64,000 bases of DNA, taken from Turneriella sp. (GTDB taxonomy: Bacteria > Spirochaetota > Leptospiria > Turneriellales > Turneriellaceae). The notes beneath the pieces are model-generated. The model was given only the letters and a program-made list of their open reading frames with translations. It did not search any database and was not told the DNA's origin. Made by a program: the position numbers and the translations under genes. The stretch covers positions 832,001 to 896,000 of the forward strand of contig CBDIID010000003.1 in the NCBI GenBank assembly GCA_965279515.1. Reading direction: 5' to 3'. Positions within the stretch are counted from its first letter, which is position 1, and every line of letters starts with the position of its first letter. Below, piece after piece: positions 1 to 10,358 of the stretch.

Positions 1-2
1 TT

Positions 3-1121
3 GAGGCGACCAAATACACCGAAGTCGGTTATGTCGGCCGCGACGTCGAGAGCATGATCCGCGACCTGCTGATGACTGCGATCAAGATCGTGCGCGCCGA
101 ATACGAAGAGACGGCAAAACCCGAAGCCGAAAAACGCACCGAAGAACGTTTGCTGGATTTATTGCTTTCAGGCAAATCGGACACGACGACGACGGCGGCT
201 CCCGAAGGCGCTGTGCAGACGGCTGACGAAGATGAAAAAATTGCGCGCGATATTTTCCGCAAAAAACTGCGCGCAGGTCAGCTAGAGGACCGCGAGGTCG
301 AACTCAAGATGCCGCAGCAGGCAGGGCCCCAGGTTGCCGTGCAGATGATGGCTATCCCCGGCATGGAAGAGATCGAAAACCAGATGCAGAACATGCTCGG
401 CGATATATTCCCCAAGAAAAAGGAACGCAAAAAGGTAACGATTGCCCAGGCACGCAAGGCGCTCTACCAGGAAGAACTCGATGCCCTGATCGACTTCGAG
501 AAAATCAAAGAAGAAGCAATTAACCGCACCGAAAATACCGGTATAGTGTTCATCGACGAGATCGACAAGATCGCCAGCCGCGGCAGCAAGGGCTCACCCG
601 ATGTCTCACGCGAGGGTGTGCAGCGCGATATTCTGCCCCTTGTCGAAGGCTCGACGGTGAATACCCGCCACGGCTCGGTTAAAACCGATCATATTCTCTT
701 CATCGCCGCAGGCGCATTCCATATCGCCTCAGTGACCGATCTCATTCCCGAGCTACAGGGCCGCTTTCCGATTCGGGTTGAACTGAAACCCCTTTTAAAA
801 GAAGACTATGTCAGCATCCTGAAAACCCCGAAAAATGCCCTGGCAAAACAATACCAGGCCCTGCTTTCAACCGAAAACGTCAATATTGTGTTCGAGAGCT
901 CGGGGTATGACGCCATCGCCGAAATCGCCTATGAAATGAACTCGCGCAACGAGAACATCGGCGCGCGTCGCCTGCATACAATCCTGGAAAAACTGTTTGA
1001 GCGGCTGTCGTTTGAACCCGAAAATTTCAGTAAGGACGACGTAGTCGTCAATCGCGCTTTTGTTGAGAAAGAATTATCGGAAATCGTAAAAAACCAGGAT
1101 CTATCCAAGTTTATCCTGTAA
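3..1121 (+). CDS. hslU: ATP-dependent protease ATPase subunit HslU (5'-truncated by window edge)
   Basis: Frame open from position 3: EATKYTEVGYVGRDVESMIRDL, Walker B IVFIDEIDKI, GVQRDILPLVEG, ENIGARRLHT, C-terminal DLSKFIL. Confidence 0.97.
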   Translation, partial: EATKYTEVGYVGRDVESMIRDLLMTAIKIVRAEYEETAKPEAEKRTEERLLDLLLSGKSDTTTTAAPEGAVQTADEDEKIARDIFRKKLRAGQLEDREVELKMPQQAGPQVAVQMMAIPGMEEIENQMQNMLGDIFPKKKERKKVTIAQARKALYQEELDALIDFEKIKEEAINRTENTGIVFIDEIDKIASRGSKGSPDVSREGVQRDILPLVEGSTVNTRHGSVKTDHILFIAAGAFHIASVTDLIPELQGRFPIRVELKPLLKEDYVSILKTPKNALAKQYQALLSTENVNIVFESSGYDAIAEIAYEMNSRNENIGARRLHTILEKLFERLSFEPENFSKDDVVVNRAFVEKELSEIVKNQDLSKFIL

Positions 1122-4003
1122 TGCGACCGTTTTCGCGTCTCGTTGCAGCCATTTTCTGCGCCTTCGCTTTAATCGCTGCGCCCGCGGTTTTTGCCGACAG
1201 CTTTGAGGCCGAGCAGAACTTCCGCTCGGCGATGACGGCGTTTAAAGAGAAGAACTTCTACTCGGCGCGGCTGCTCTTGCAGGAAATCGTGCTCAAAGAC
1301 GCGCGCGGCGAATACGGTGATGATGCGCAATACTATCTCGCCATGTCGTATTTTTACGAAGGCGACTATAAGACCGCACAGTTTGAATTCCGCGCGTTGA
1401 TGCGCGATTATCCCGAATCTCCCTTTGTCGTACGCGCTGCGTTCTGGAACGGCGAGGCGTGGTTTTACCGTAAACAATACCGCGAGGCCCTCGAGACCCA
1501 TGCGGCATTCGTGCGTAAGTACCGCGAGAATATTCTCGCCGCTTCGGCTCTCTATACCACCGGCTATATCTACAACGAACAAAAGCGTTATGACGAGGCC
1601 GTTGAAACCCTGACACGCGCGCTTAAAGATTATCCGCAATCGACAGCCGCACCGGCACTGACCCTGCAGCTGGGTATCGCCAACTTCAACGCCCAGGAAT
1701 ATCCCAAGGCGCGGCGCGTCTTTGAGACGCTGATGGTCAAATATGTACAGGCGGATAACCTCGACCAGGCACGCTTCTGGCTGGGTAAAAGCTATTATGC
1801 CGAAAACAAGTTCCCCGAAGCGCTGCGTGAATTTGCCACAGTCGTCAAAGACCACGGCGCTTCGGCAACAGCGAGCGAGGCGCTCTATCTTTCGGCACTC
1901 TGCAAATATAAATCGGGAGCCATCGACGAGGCGCTGATCTTTCTCGACCAGGCGGCTAAAAATTATCCGCAGAGCCCGATCTATGCCTTCGCGCGCCTGA
2001 GGGAAGGCCAGCTGCTCTATGAAAAAAAAGAGCTCGCCGCGGCACTCCCTCCGCTCCTCGACATCGTCAATAATCACCAGGGCCATGAAACCTTCCCACC
2101 GGCGCTCGAGCTCATGGCGGAGATCCGCCGCAAGCAAGGCAAAACCGACGAGGCACTTGCCACCTTCGAGGCCCTGCGCAATGAAAAATCGCTGAAAGGC
2201 AAACCCCGCCGCGAAATGCTGCGGCATTACGGGGACCTGCTCTACCAGGAAAACCGCCACGCCAAGGCGATCGAGGTTTTGTCTGAACTCACCGACGAAT
2301 TCGGCGGCGACCCCGATGGTGCAACCTACTACCTGCTGCTGGCGCGCGCGCAGTACCGCGAAGGTAAGTATGAATCGGCGCAAAAGAATCTTGCAACGCT
2401 CGAAAAAAATTTCGACGATGTTGCCACAAAAGCGGAAGCTCTCTTTCTCAAGGCCGAAATTTCCTACGGCCTCGGCAAATTCACCGAGGCACTGCAGCTC
2501 TATGCGCGCCTCGTCAAAAAATATCCCGGGCATGCGAAAGTATTCGAAGCCGAGATGGGTATTGGCTGGATTTATTTCGAGCTCAAACAGTATGCGCGCG
2601 CCGGAGATACCTTCCGTAAAATCCTGAAAACCTATAAAAAGCCGGTACAACAGGCGAAAGCGCTGATCGCCTTAGGTGCCTGCCAGTATAACCTGCGCGA
2701 CCTTGAAGGCGCGCTCGCCAGCTATAAAAAGGTTATCTCGAAATACGCCGGCGCAAAGACTGAGGCCGCCGAGGCACAGTACCAGATCGCCTGGTTACGC
2801 TTCCGGCGCAATAACTACGAAGAAGCCGGAAAGGATTTTGATACCTATCTGGGGTCTGGCGATGCCGCAACCCGCGTAGCGGAAGCCACGTACTTCAGTG
2901 CACTCTGCCAGTACCAGCTCTCAGAGTACGCTCCAGCAGCCGAAAAATTCCGCGCTGTTTATGCGCGCGGCGATGCGCCGCTCTGGCTCAAGGAAAAATC
3001 CCTGGCCGACCTGGCGCGCACCGAGGCGGCCCTGAAAAACCACAGCGCTGCGCGGCGCGAATATCTGCAGCTGATCAAAGAATTCCCCGAGACGCAGAAC
3101 CGCGACGAGATGGAGTTTCAGCTGGTATCGCTGTCGCTGAAACTGAACGATGAAGCAACGGCACTCGAATGGGCTGGCTCACTCAAAAAACGCAACAAAT
3201 CCTCTACCTGGTATGCCGAGAGCCTCAGGGAACTGGCCGATTTTTACCGCAAAAAGAAGAATTATGCCGCGGCAGAAAAAGCACTGATTGATCTTGAAGC
3301 TGCGCAGAAGAAACCCGCCGAGAAGCTGGAGGTTCTGGTCAGCCGCGCGCAGATATTTGCCGACCAGGGGAAAACCCAGGCAGCAGCGGACCTCTTGCAG
3401 AAGGTACTGCAGAACGAAGAGGTCTCTGAATCCACCGCAATCAAGGCCGCCACCCTGCTCTTCCAGATTTTCGAAAAGGGTAGTAAGTATGCGGAAGCCG
3501 AGACGCAGGCTGCCCGCCTCTCTGAGCGCTTTGCCGACAATAACCGCCTCAGCGAAGAGATGCTCATCAGCCAGGCACGCTTCCAGCAGCTGCAGAAAAA
3601 ATACCGCGACAGCCGGGAGATCCTCACCGTGCTGGTGAAAAGCCGCAACGCCGGGCAACGCGCCCGTTACATGATCGCCGAATCTTACCGGGCCGAGGGC
3701 GATCAGACGCGAGCCCTCGATTACTACCGCCAGATTTCACAAAAGCAGGATGAATCGACCTATCTCAAAGCGCGCTTCCATATCGGCGAGATTCTCTATG
3801 CGAAGAAAGAATACGAAGAAGCGGCGCGCGAATTCAGCCGCATCGCCTACGCCGAGACGCGCGACGATGCGGTCTATGAAAAGGCACTCTACCGGGCGGC
3901 GCTGTCGTTCAGGCAGATTAAAAAAGACAAGGAATTTGAGACATTCAGGGCAAAACTGAAAGAGGCGTTTCCCCAAAGCGCCTACCTGAAAGAACTGCAA
4001 TAA
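1121..4003 (+). CDS. Large exported TPR-repeat protein (BamD/CpoB-like repeats)
   Basis: 960 aa, signal peptide (AVFA|D), many TPR units ending in YP.S; ATG overlaps the hslU stop. Confidence 0.85.
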   Translation: MRPFSRLVAAIFCAFALIAAPAVFADSFEAEQNFRSAMTAFKEKNFYSARLLLQEIVLKDARGEYGDDAQYYLAMSYFYEGDYKTAQFEFRALMRDYPESPFVVRAAFWNGEAWFYRKQYREALETHAAFVRKYRENILAASALYTTGYIYNEQKRYDEAVETLTRALKDYPQSTAAPALTLQLGIANFNAQEYPKARRVFETLMVKYVQADNLDQARFWLGKSYYAENKFPEALREFATVVKDHGASATASEALYLSALCKYKSGAIDEALIFLDQAAKNYPQSPIYAFARLREGQLLYEKKELAAALPPLLDIVNNHQGHETFPPALELMAEIRRKQGKTDEALATFEALRNEKSLKGKPRREMLRHYGDLLYQENRHAKAIEVLSELTDEFGGDPDGATYYLLLARAQYREGKYESAQKNLATLEKNFDDVATKAEALFLKAEISYGLGKFTEALQLYARLVKKYPGHAKVFEAEMGIGWIYFELKQYARAGDTFRKILKTYKKPVQQAKALIALGACQYNLRDLEGALASYKKVISKYAGAKTEAAEAQYQIAWLRFRRNNYEEAGKDFDTYLGSGDAATRVAEATYFSALCQYQLSEYAPAAEKFRAVYARGDAPLWLKEKSLADLARTEAALKNHSAARREYLQLIKEFPETQNRDEMEFQLVSLSLKLNDEATALEWAGSLKKRNKSSTWYAESLRELADFYRKKKNYAAAEKALIDLEAAQKKPAEKLEVLVSRAQIFADQGKTQAAADLLQKVLQNEEVSESTAIKAATLLFQIFEKGSKYAEAETQAARLSERFADNNRLSEEMLISQARFQQLQKKYRDSREILTVLVKSRNAGQRARYMIAESYRAEGDQTRALDYYRQISQKQDESTYLKARFHIGEILYAKKEYEEAAREFSRIAYAETRDDAVYEKALYRAALSFRQIKKDKEFETFRAKLKEAFPQSAYLKELQ

Positions 4004-4012
4004 CGGAGTAAA

Positions 4013-4741
4013 ATGCGTATATTGATATCGAACGACGACGGCCTGTCATTTCCCGGGCTCACACGGCTCAGGGAAAAACTCGATGAATTCGGTGAGACCT
4101 GGGTCTTTGCACCCGCCGAGGAAAAGAGTGCCACCGGCCAGGCCCTGACCATCTACCGCGATATCCGCGTGCTGAAGCTCGACGAGCACACCTACGAGGT
4201 GGATGGCTTCCCGTGCGACTGCGTCAATGTCGCCCTGCATTCGGGTTTCGCTCCCCCCTTCGACTTCTGCGTCACCGGCATCAATAAGGGCGTCAATATG
4301 GGCCAGGACATCTGGTATTCAGGCACCGTCGGTGCCGCCCGCCATGCCTTCATCCACAATGTACCGTCTTTTGCGGTCTCTTGTGGTTACCTCGATGCCG
4401 CGGGCGATTTCAGCAAGGTCGCAGAGATCTTTGGCGAAGTCTTCGCACGTTTCAGCTCTGACGCGGACCAGAACTTTCTCCTCAATGTGAACATCCCCAT
4501 GACTGCCAGGGATGCAAGCGACATAAAATGGGCTAAATTGGGAAGGCGAATCTACCGAGATAATTATAAGCGGGAAACCCAGGCCGACGGCAGCATGCTG
4601 CTCAATCTTGGGGGTTCGGTATTAAGCCACGGGGGTGAAGCGGATACGGATTTTCACTGGTACGACAAGGGTTGTACCGTAATCACTCCGCTGACCATAG
4701 ATGCAACAGACCACAAAAAACTTAAAAAGCACAGCGCCTAA
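4013..4741 (+). CDS. surE: 5'/3'-nucleotidase SurE
   Basis: MRILISNDDG, GINKGVNMG, YSGTVGAA motifs; GGAG RBS. Confidence 0.95.
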   Translation: MRILISNDDGLSFPGLTRLREKLDEFGETWVFAPAEEKSATGQALTIYRDIRVLKLDEHTYEVDGFPCDCVNVALHSGFAPPFDFCVTGINKGVNMGQDIWYSGTVGAARHAFIHNVPSFAVSCGYLDAAGDFSKVAEIFGEVFARFSSDADQNFLLNVNIPMTARDASDIKWAKLGRRIYRDNYKRETQADGSMLLNLGGSVLSHGGEADTDFHWYDKGCTVITPLTIDATDHKKLKKHSA

Positions 4742-5501
4742 AAAGACTATATCCATTGGGGAATACATGAGCCTGGACAACAAAAACCCGCTCATCAAAA
4801 AACAGCTGATGAATCCTCAGGAGCTCTCCCTTGGACAGGTCGAAGAACTCTCGCGCATCAAGCTCGAAGCCAAACGTGCCTACCGCCGCAAGGATTTTGT
4901 GCAGGCCCTCGCCCGCTTTGAAGACGCCGCTTCGATTATTCCCGGCGACCTTGAGTTTTCATACTACCAGGCGCTCTGCCTCTTCCAGCTGCACCAGTGG
5001 GACAAGGCGGAGGAATTATTCCGGAAAATCATGGAACTCGACGAACTGCGCCTTTTGCCCGACGTACGCAAAATGCTGTCGCTGACGCTGCTCAAGCGCC
5101 GTAAGTATGTTGAGGCAGAGGCCGTCTTAACCGAGGCATCGCGCGACCGCAAGGGCGATATGCAGCTCTTAAACATGCTCGGCTTTGCCCTCGAAAAACA
5201 GAATAAGCTGATCGAGGCCGAACGCGTGCTGGCCCGTCTCATTGAAAACGATCCAGACAATACCAATGGGATGAACTCGCTTGCCTTTGTCTATTGCCGT
5301 CTCGAAAAAAACTACAGCGAAGCGCTGAACCTGATTAAAAAAGCGCTGACTAAAGAACCCAAAAATCCTTCGTATCTCGATACGCTCGGCATGCTCTATG
5401 CCAACCGCGGCAACACGGCGGCTGCCAAAAAGACGCTCAAAAAGGCGCTGGAACTTGCACCGGGTCACCCGGAAATTATTTCACACCTTTCGAGAATTTA
5501 A
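4701..5501 (+). CDS. TPR-repeat protein
   Basis: TPR motifs including NPSYLDTLGMLY; start may be the later Met at 4767. Confidence 0.8.
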   Translation: MQQTTKNLKSTAPKKTISIGEYMSLDNKNPLIKKQLMNPQELSLGQVEELSRIKLEAKRAYRRKDFVQALARFEDAASIIPGDLEFSYYQALCLFQLHQWDKAEELFRKIMELDELRLLPDVRKMLSLTLLKRRKYVEAEAVLTEASRDRKGDMQLLNMLGFALEKQNKLIEAERVLARLIENDPDNTNGMNSLAFVYCRLEKNYSEALNLIKKALTKEPKNPSYLDTLGMLYANRGNTAAAKKTLKKALELAPGHPEIISHLSRI

Positions 5502-6358
5502 GACTGAACGGCGAAACTGCTTTCGCCGACATACCAATGGATTTTCCGCTGCTGACTGAAGATCAGCGATGGGGAAAGCCCGAAAGTTTCACGGAAGGTA
5601 TTGGTAAAATGCGCCGAGTCGTAAAAGCCGGCGCGGAGTGCCGCATCCGTCAGGGTCATTCCGTCTTTTAGAAATAACACCGCATTTTTTAAACGATACC
5701 AGGTACGAAACATACGTATCGGCACCCCCACCTGTTCCTTAAAGAGATGAGCCAGCCGCGAAGGCGAAATATCCACTTCAGCCGCGAGATTTTCAATCGG
5801 AATGCTCTCTCCGGGTTCTGAGATCAGCCGGCGCATCACGAGCTGAATGCGTTCATCGTCTGCCGCCGGCGAGCGCGGATGCGGCGCGAGTTCGAGATCC
5901 GAAAGTCGGGCGCATAACGAGGGGTCATCCGCACAGGCAGAAATGGCTTCAAAAACAGAGCGCAGTTGCTGCTCTTCTTTGAGCGCTACAAGAATGCCGG
6001 TCATGCCCTCGCCCGCATTCGAGGTAGTCAGAAAATCAAAATCAGGATTGTCAGGGTCGAAGAACAGAAAAGCACAGCGCGCACCACGCGGTTTCAACGC
6101 ATGGTAAATCTGCGGACCGATGAGTGCGCTGCCACACTCAACGCTGGCGCCGCCTTCGCGCGTGAGCTCAAAAGGACCATCGATGCCGACGCAGACGAGA
6201 GCCGCGGCCTGCTGATGGAAATCCAGGTCGGGCACAGTCCCTAAAAAAAGCGCGCGGCCATTCCACAGACAAAGCTTTTCACCGGAAGGCGCCACCGGAA
6301 GAGCATCGGGTGGTAGAGCCGCACGTAAAGCCGTTTTTTCCGCAAAGCTGTGCAGCAC
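5498..6358 (-). CDS. AraC family transcriptional regulator
   Basis: C-terminal double HTH: SPSRLAHLFKEQVG...AGFYDSAHFTNTFRETFG; divergent from the aldehyde dehydrogenase. Confidence 0.93.
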   Translation of the reverse strand: MLHSFAEKTALRAALPPDALPVAPSGEKLCLWNGRALFLGTVPDLDFHQQAAALVCVGIDGPFELTREGGASVECGSALIGPQIYHALKPRGARCAFLFFDPDNPDFDFLTTSNAGEGMTGILVALKEEQQLRSVFEAISACADDPSLCARLSDLELAPHPRSPAADDERIQLVMRRLISEPGESIPIENLAAEVDISPSRLAHLFKEQVGVPIRMFRTWYRLKNAVLFLKDGMTLTDAALRAGFYDSAHFTNTFRETFGLSPSLIFSQQRKIHWYVGESSFAVQS

Positions 6359-6515
6359 AGCGAACTACCTTTGTAAAAACCTGCTATGGATTATTTTTGT
6401 ATTTTTTATCCGGATTAGCATCTTTTTCCAAGCCGCTACCCTAAGCGATGGCTATTATGCAGCAATGAAACTGCAAAAAACCTTGCCGCCGTCGGGTGGA
6501 ATAACAGGGGAGCAT

Positions 6516-7943
6516 ATGTCTGATAAGAACCAGAAAAGCGAAATCCTTCGCGTCTTTGAACTCCAGAAAAAATTCAAATGGAGCCTGAGACAAACAACGG
6601 CACAGGAACGCCGCGAAAAACTCAAGAAACTGAAAGAGAAAATCTTTGCAGAAAGCGAAAATTTATACCAGGCGCTGTGGCAGGATTATAAAAAGCCCCG
6701 CGAAGAAGCGGACCTCGCCGAAGTCTTGCCGACGATTGCCGAGATCCACGACACCATTAAAAACCTGCCCGACTGGATGCGCCCGAAAGTAGTCGAGACG
6801 CCGATCCACCTCGGTACGGCGCGCAGCGAAATCCACTATGAACCGCTGGGGCAAACCCTCATCATCGCGCCGTGGAATTACCCGTTCAACCTCAGCATGG
6901 CGCCGCTCATCAGCGCTATTGCCGCGGGCAACACGGTGATGCTCAAACCCTCAGAAATGGCGCCGCACACGGCAGAATTTCTGAACCGTATTCTCAAAGA
7001 TCTCTTCTACGAAGAAGAAGTCGCTGTTTTTCAGGGCGATGCATCGGTTTCCACCGAGCTGTTAAAACTCCCCTTCGACCACATGTTCTTCACGGGCGCG
7101 CCGCATATCGGCAAGGTTGTGATGAAGGCGGCGGCGGAACACCTTTCGGTCTGTACGCTCGAGCTCGGCGGCAAGTCGCCAGCGATCGTCGAAAACACAG
7201 CGGACATCCGCGAAGCGGGCAAGCGCATTGCCTGGGGTAAGTGGGTCAACGCGGGCCAGACCTGCATCGCGCCCGATTATGTACTCGTCTCTGAAGACAA
7301 AAAGATCGCTCTCATCGATGCGATTCACGATACGGTAAAATCGTTCTATGGCCAGACGCCGATCGAATGGCGCAACTCGCCCGATCTCTGCCGCATCGTC
7401 AACCGCCGCCATTTTGACCGCGTCAAGGGCCTTCTCGACGACGCGAAGAAAAAGGGCGCGCAAGTGGCATTCGGTGCCGACACCGATGAGCATGATAACT
7501 ACATCTCGCCGACTGTCATCACCGACATCGCCGAGGGCAGCAAAATTCTCGAAGAAGAAATTTTTGGGCCGCTGTTGCCGATCGTCACCTACCGCCACCT
7601 CGACGAGGCACTCGAGTATGTACGCCGCGGCGAAAAACCGCTCGCGCTCTATATTTTCTCCTCTTCAGAAAGCACGGTCGAGAACGTGATCCGCAACACT
7701 GCTGCAGGCGGCACTTCGGTCAACGACTGCCTCATGCAGTTTGTGAACCCCAAACTGCCTTTCGGCGGCACAAACAACAGCGGTATTGGCCGCTACCACG
7801 GCCACCACGGTTTCAAGGCATTCTCGCATGAACGCGGGGTATTCAAGCAGTCACGACTGTTCAACCCGATGCAGATTTTTTACCCACCCTATGGCGGGTC
7901 TTTCAGAGAAACGTTCCAGAAGTTTATTCGTCACATTATGTAA
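6516..7943 (+). CDS. Aldehyde dehydrogenase (ALDH3/fatty or coniferyl aldehyde type)
   Basis: PWNYP, LELGGKSP, NAGQTCIAPDY, EEIFGP, PFGG motifs; GGGGAG RBS before ATG 6516. Confidence 0.93.
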   Translation: MSDKNQKSEILRVFELQKKFKWSLRQTTAQERREKLKKLKEKIFAESENLYQALWQDYKKPREEADLAEVLPTIAEIHDTIKNLPDWMRPKVVETPIHLGTARSEIHYEPLGQTLIIAPWNYPFNLSMAPLISAIAAGNTVMLKPSEMAPHTAEFLNRILKDLFYEEEVAVFQGDASVSTELLKLPFDHMFFTGAPHIGKVVMKAAAEHLSVCTLELGGKSPAIVENTADIREAGKRIAWGKWVNAGQTCIAPDYVLVSEDKKIALIDAIHDTVKSFYGQTPIEWRNSPDLCRIVNRRHFDRVKGLLDDAKKKGAQVAFGADTDEHDNYISPTVITDIAEGSKILEEEIFGPLLPIVTYRHLDEALEYVRRGEKPLALYIFSSSESTVENVIRNTAAGGTSVNDCLMQFVNPKLPFGGTNNSGIGRYHGHHGFKAFSHERGVFKQSRLFNPMQIFYPPYGGSFRETFQKFIRHIM

Positions 7944-7945
7944 TA

Positions 7946-8058
7946 AGGCAACCGTTAAGAAACGCGATCTTCGGGCCCGCACGGCCCGAAGCAAAATATG
8001 GGCAGCCCGAAGGGCGCTTTAGGCAACGCGCCCATATTTTGAGCGTTTTAGGTTGCCT
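7946..8058. repeat. Branched palindromic intergenic element (element C), possibly a bidirectional terminator
   Basis: Nested IRs: aggcaacc/ggttgcct, cttcgggcc/ggcccgaag, caaaatatgggc/gcccatattttg, gccc-gaa-gggc. Confidence 0.75.
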
Positions 8059-8899
8059 GACGTATCTCGATAACGATCATGTCGCCGGTCAGATGCCAAC
8101 GTGCCAGCTTATCGGCGATTTTTTTTCGCAGGCGGTAAGAAAAACCCGCACCTTCCTTCGTTGTGAAACCCGAGCCATAAGAAAATGCGCCTGAGATTTT
8201 AAGCCCGCATTTAGCGGCAAGCACCGAGAGGGATTTTTTATTGAAATAAAAAACATGTTCGGGCACGTTTAAATAACGCCAGGCTTTGCCATAACGGCGG
8301 GCGAAATAGCCGGTATTGCAGGTGCTGAGATAGATTTTTCCGCCGGGTGCAAGCAGCGTACGCATCTTCGTTAAGAATGCTTCAGCCTGAGGCAGATGTT
8401 CGAGCGTCGCCCAGTGGGTAATGAGATCGTATTTCTGTGCCTGAAAATCGTGGGAGAGGAAATCCGCTTCTTCAAGATTGCGGCCCGCGGCGCGGCCGGC
8501 TTCGATCATTTCATGCGCGATATCCATACCCAGTGCCTGCCAGCCCCGCGCCGCAAAATAGGCGACGGCATGGCCGGCGGCGCAACCGACTTCGAGCAGG
8601 CGCTTTTCGGATGGAAGGTTTTTCTCCCAGGGGAAAAAATCCAGATCTCTTAGATTCTTTTCCAGCGTCGAAACGACAGAGCGGTAGATTTTATCTGACG
8701 TATAGTCGGCATAGCCCCGGTCACTGCGCTCTTTAAAATATTCGTTTTGGTAAAGGGCGGTCAGTTCTGCGGGCGATGGCAGGGGTTGAATCTGCCATAC
8801 AGTGCAGAGCATGCAGCGGTGGATTAAAAAAGTTTTGCCGGCGGCACTTTTTTTTTCCAGATGCGGCACCGTGGCGCCGCCGCACAGGGCACAGTTCAC
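8048..8899 (-). CDS. Class I SAM-dependent methyltransferase with N-terminal CxxC...CxxC zinc ribbon
   Basis: LLEVGCAAG motif I, TLEHL, PEHVFYF. Confidence 0.88.
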   Translation of the reverse strand: MNCALCGGATVPHLEKKSAAGKTFLIHRCMLCTVWQIQPLPSPAELTALYQNEYFKERSDRGYADYTSDKIYRSVVSTLEKNLRDLDFFPWEKNLPSEKRLLEVGCAAGHAVAYFAARGWQALGMDIAHEMIEAGRAAGRNLEEADFLSHDFQAQKYDLITHWATLEHLPQAEAFLTKMRTLLAPGGKIYLSTCNTGYFARRYGKAWRYLNVPEHVFYFNKKSLSVLAAKCGLKISGAFSYGSGFTTKEGAGFSYRLRKKIADKLARWHLTGDMIVIEIRQAT

Positions 8900-10302
8900 G
8901 GTCTTGTCGCCGCCTTCCTCGCGATTGCATAGAGCGCAATGCTGAGCGCCGACTGCGCGTTGAGCGATTCGACACCGCCTGAGATGGGAATCCGCACAGG
9001 GATAGAATTGCCCTTTTCTTTAAAGCCATAACCCTCGACGCCGGGTAAAATCAGCGCATCGGCGGGAAAGGCGACCTGATCGATCGGCTCACCCTCAATG
9101 TCTAAGCGGTATATCTTGGTGCCCTGAAGTAAAAGTTCATCGAGCCCCGGCCCCGCCAGCAGCTCGACACGGAAAAGCGCGTTTGCCGCCGCGCGCACAG
9201 CCTTGGGTAGAAAAGGTGAAGCCGCTTCTTTCAGCAGTACAACGCGCTTGACCCCAAAAGCCGCGGCCGAACGGATCGCCGCACCGATATTGCCAGGGTC
9301 CTGGAAGGGGAGAAACACAGTCAGGCCGGCACTTTTAGCACTCTTCCATTCAGGTAATGCCCCCTGCTCCATGACGGCCAGCGGTTGGCGGGTGCCCAGG
9401 GAATCGAGTTCGCGGAAAAGCACTGGCGCCAGGACAATCTCTGATGCATCGTGGTCCAGCTCCGCGAGGCCAGGTTCTGTCACGATATAGCTGAGGCGGG
9501 CTTTGAGTTCAGGCGAATCGAGAATTTCCTGGACCAGCTTTTGTCCGCTGACAATAAATTTTCCTTCTTTGCGGATACCGCGCGCCTCCCCCAGAGAAAG
9601 CAGCATCTTGAATTGGTCATTGGCGCGCGAGGTTATCTCGAGCCGGCGCTTTTGCCGCGCAGGCAGATTCTCCGTTTTTTTTCGTATTGATTCGCGGGCC
9701 CGGCGGAAGACAACGAGGCGTCTGTCGTTATCGCTTTTTCCGAGGCGATAGCTGAATGTCTTCTCATGCTCGAAATCGCTGAGTTCACCCACTGCTTCGG
9801 CAATTTCTTCGTCGCCCCGCGGGCCCTTGAGCAGAATGACTTTGCCGCCTTGGGGCAGAAACGGCTGCACCCGGTAGAGCGTATCGCGGGCACTCTCGAG
9901 CGCGCGTGTCACGACACCCTGGATCTCGAGGGGAAACTGCGGGCCGATACGGTGCGCAAAAACGGAAACACCCCTGAGTCCCAGGTCGCGGATCACCTGC
10001 TCCAGAAATTTCGTGCGCTTGGGCCTGACTTCGCCCAGAATCACTTCGGTCTCGGGCGACAGGATTTTCAGCACAAGCCCGGGAAAACCCGCGCCGCTGC
10101 CGATGTCGAGTAGTGGTGAGGGCAACTGCAGGTACTTCAGCGGCAGCGCACAGTCGAGGTAGTGCTTGAGCGCAATGTCCTGAACGCTCTCGAGCCGCGT
10201 CAGGTCGGTGCGGTCGTCGCTGCCAACCATTGCCAGCCAGTGCCGGCGCAGCTGTTCGGCCTTCTCCGTATGGATTCCGGGAATCTCCCTGAGCAAATCC
10301 AT
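8896..10302 (-). CDS. rsmG: Fusion of 16S rRNA m7G527 methyltransferase RsmG and a TrmH/SpoU-family SPOUT methyltransferase
   Basis: N-half KHYLDC, LDIGSGAGFPG, VVTRAL, LKG; C-half QDPGNIGAAIRSAAAFG, GVEGYG, VESLNA; start chosen at Met 10302. Confidence 0.88.
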   Translation of the reverse strand: MDLLREIPGIHTEKAEQLRRHWLAMVGSDDRTDLTRLESVQDIALKHYLDCALPLKYLQLPSPLLDIGSGAGFPGLVLKILSPETEVILGEVRPKRTKFLEQVIRDLGLRGVSVFAHRIGPQFPLEIQGVVTRALESARDTLYRVQPFLPQGGKVILLKGPRGDEEIAEAVGELSDFEHEKTFSYRLGKSDNDRRLVVFRRARESIRKKTENLPARQKRRLEITSRANDQFKMLLSLGEARGIRKEGKFIVSGQKLVQEILDSPELKARLSYIVTEPGLAELDHDASEIVLAPVLFRELDSLGTRQPLAVMEQGALPEWKSAKSAGLTVFLPFQDPGNIGAAIRSAAAFGVKRVVLLKEAASPFLPKAVRAAANALFRVELLAGPGLDELLLQGTKIYRLDIEGEPIDQVAFPADALILPGVEGYGFKEKGNSIPVRIPISGGVESLNAQSALSIALYAIARKAATRP

Positions 10303-10358
10303 GATTTGCGGGACCGTTAATATGTTTGGACTCTTGTCAGACTTTTTCACCGGGGTAT

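Noticed and set aside
1169..2650. 493-aa antisense ORF and many other overlapping ORFs in the six-frame track
   Set aside because: Shadow frames of well-supported genes in a GC-rich genome; no recognisable motifs
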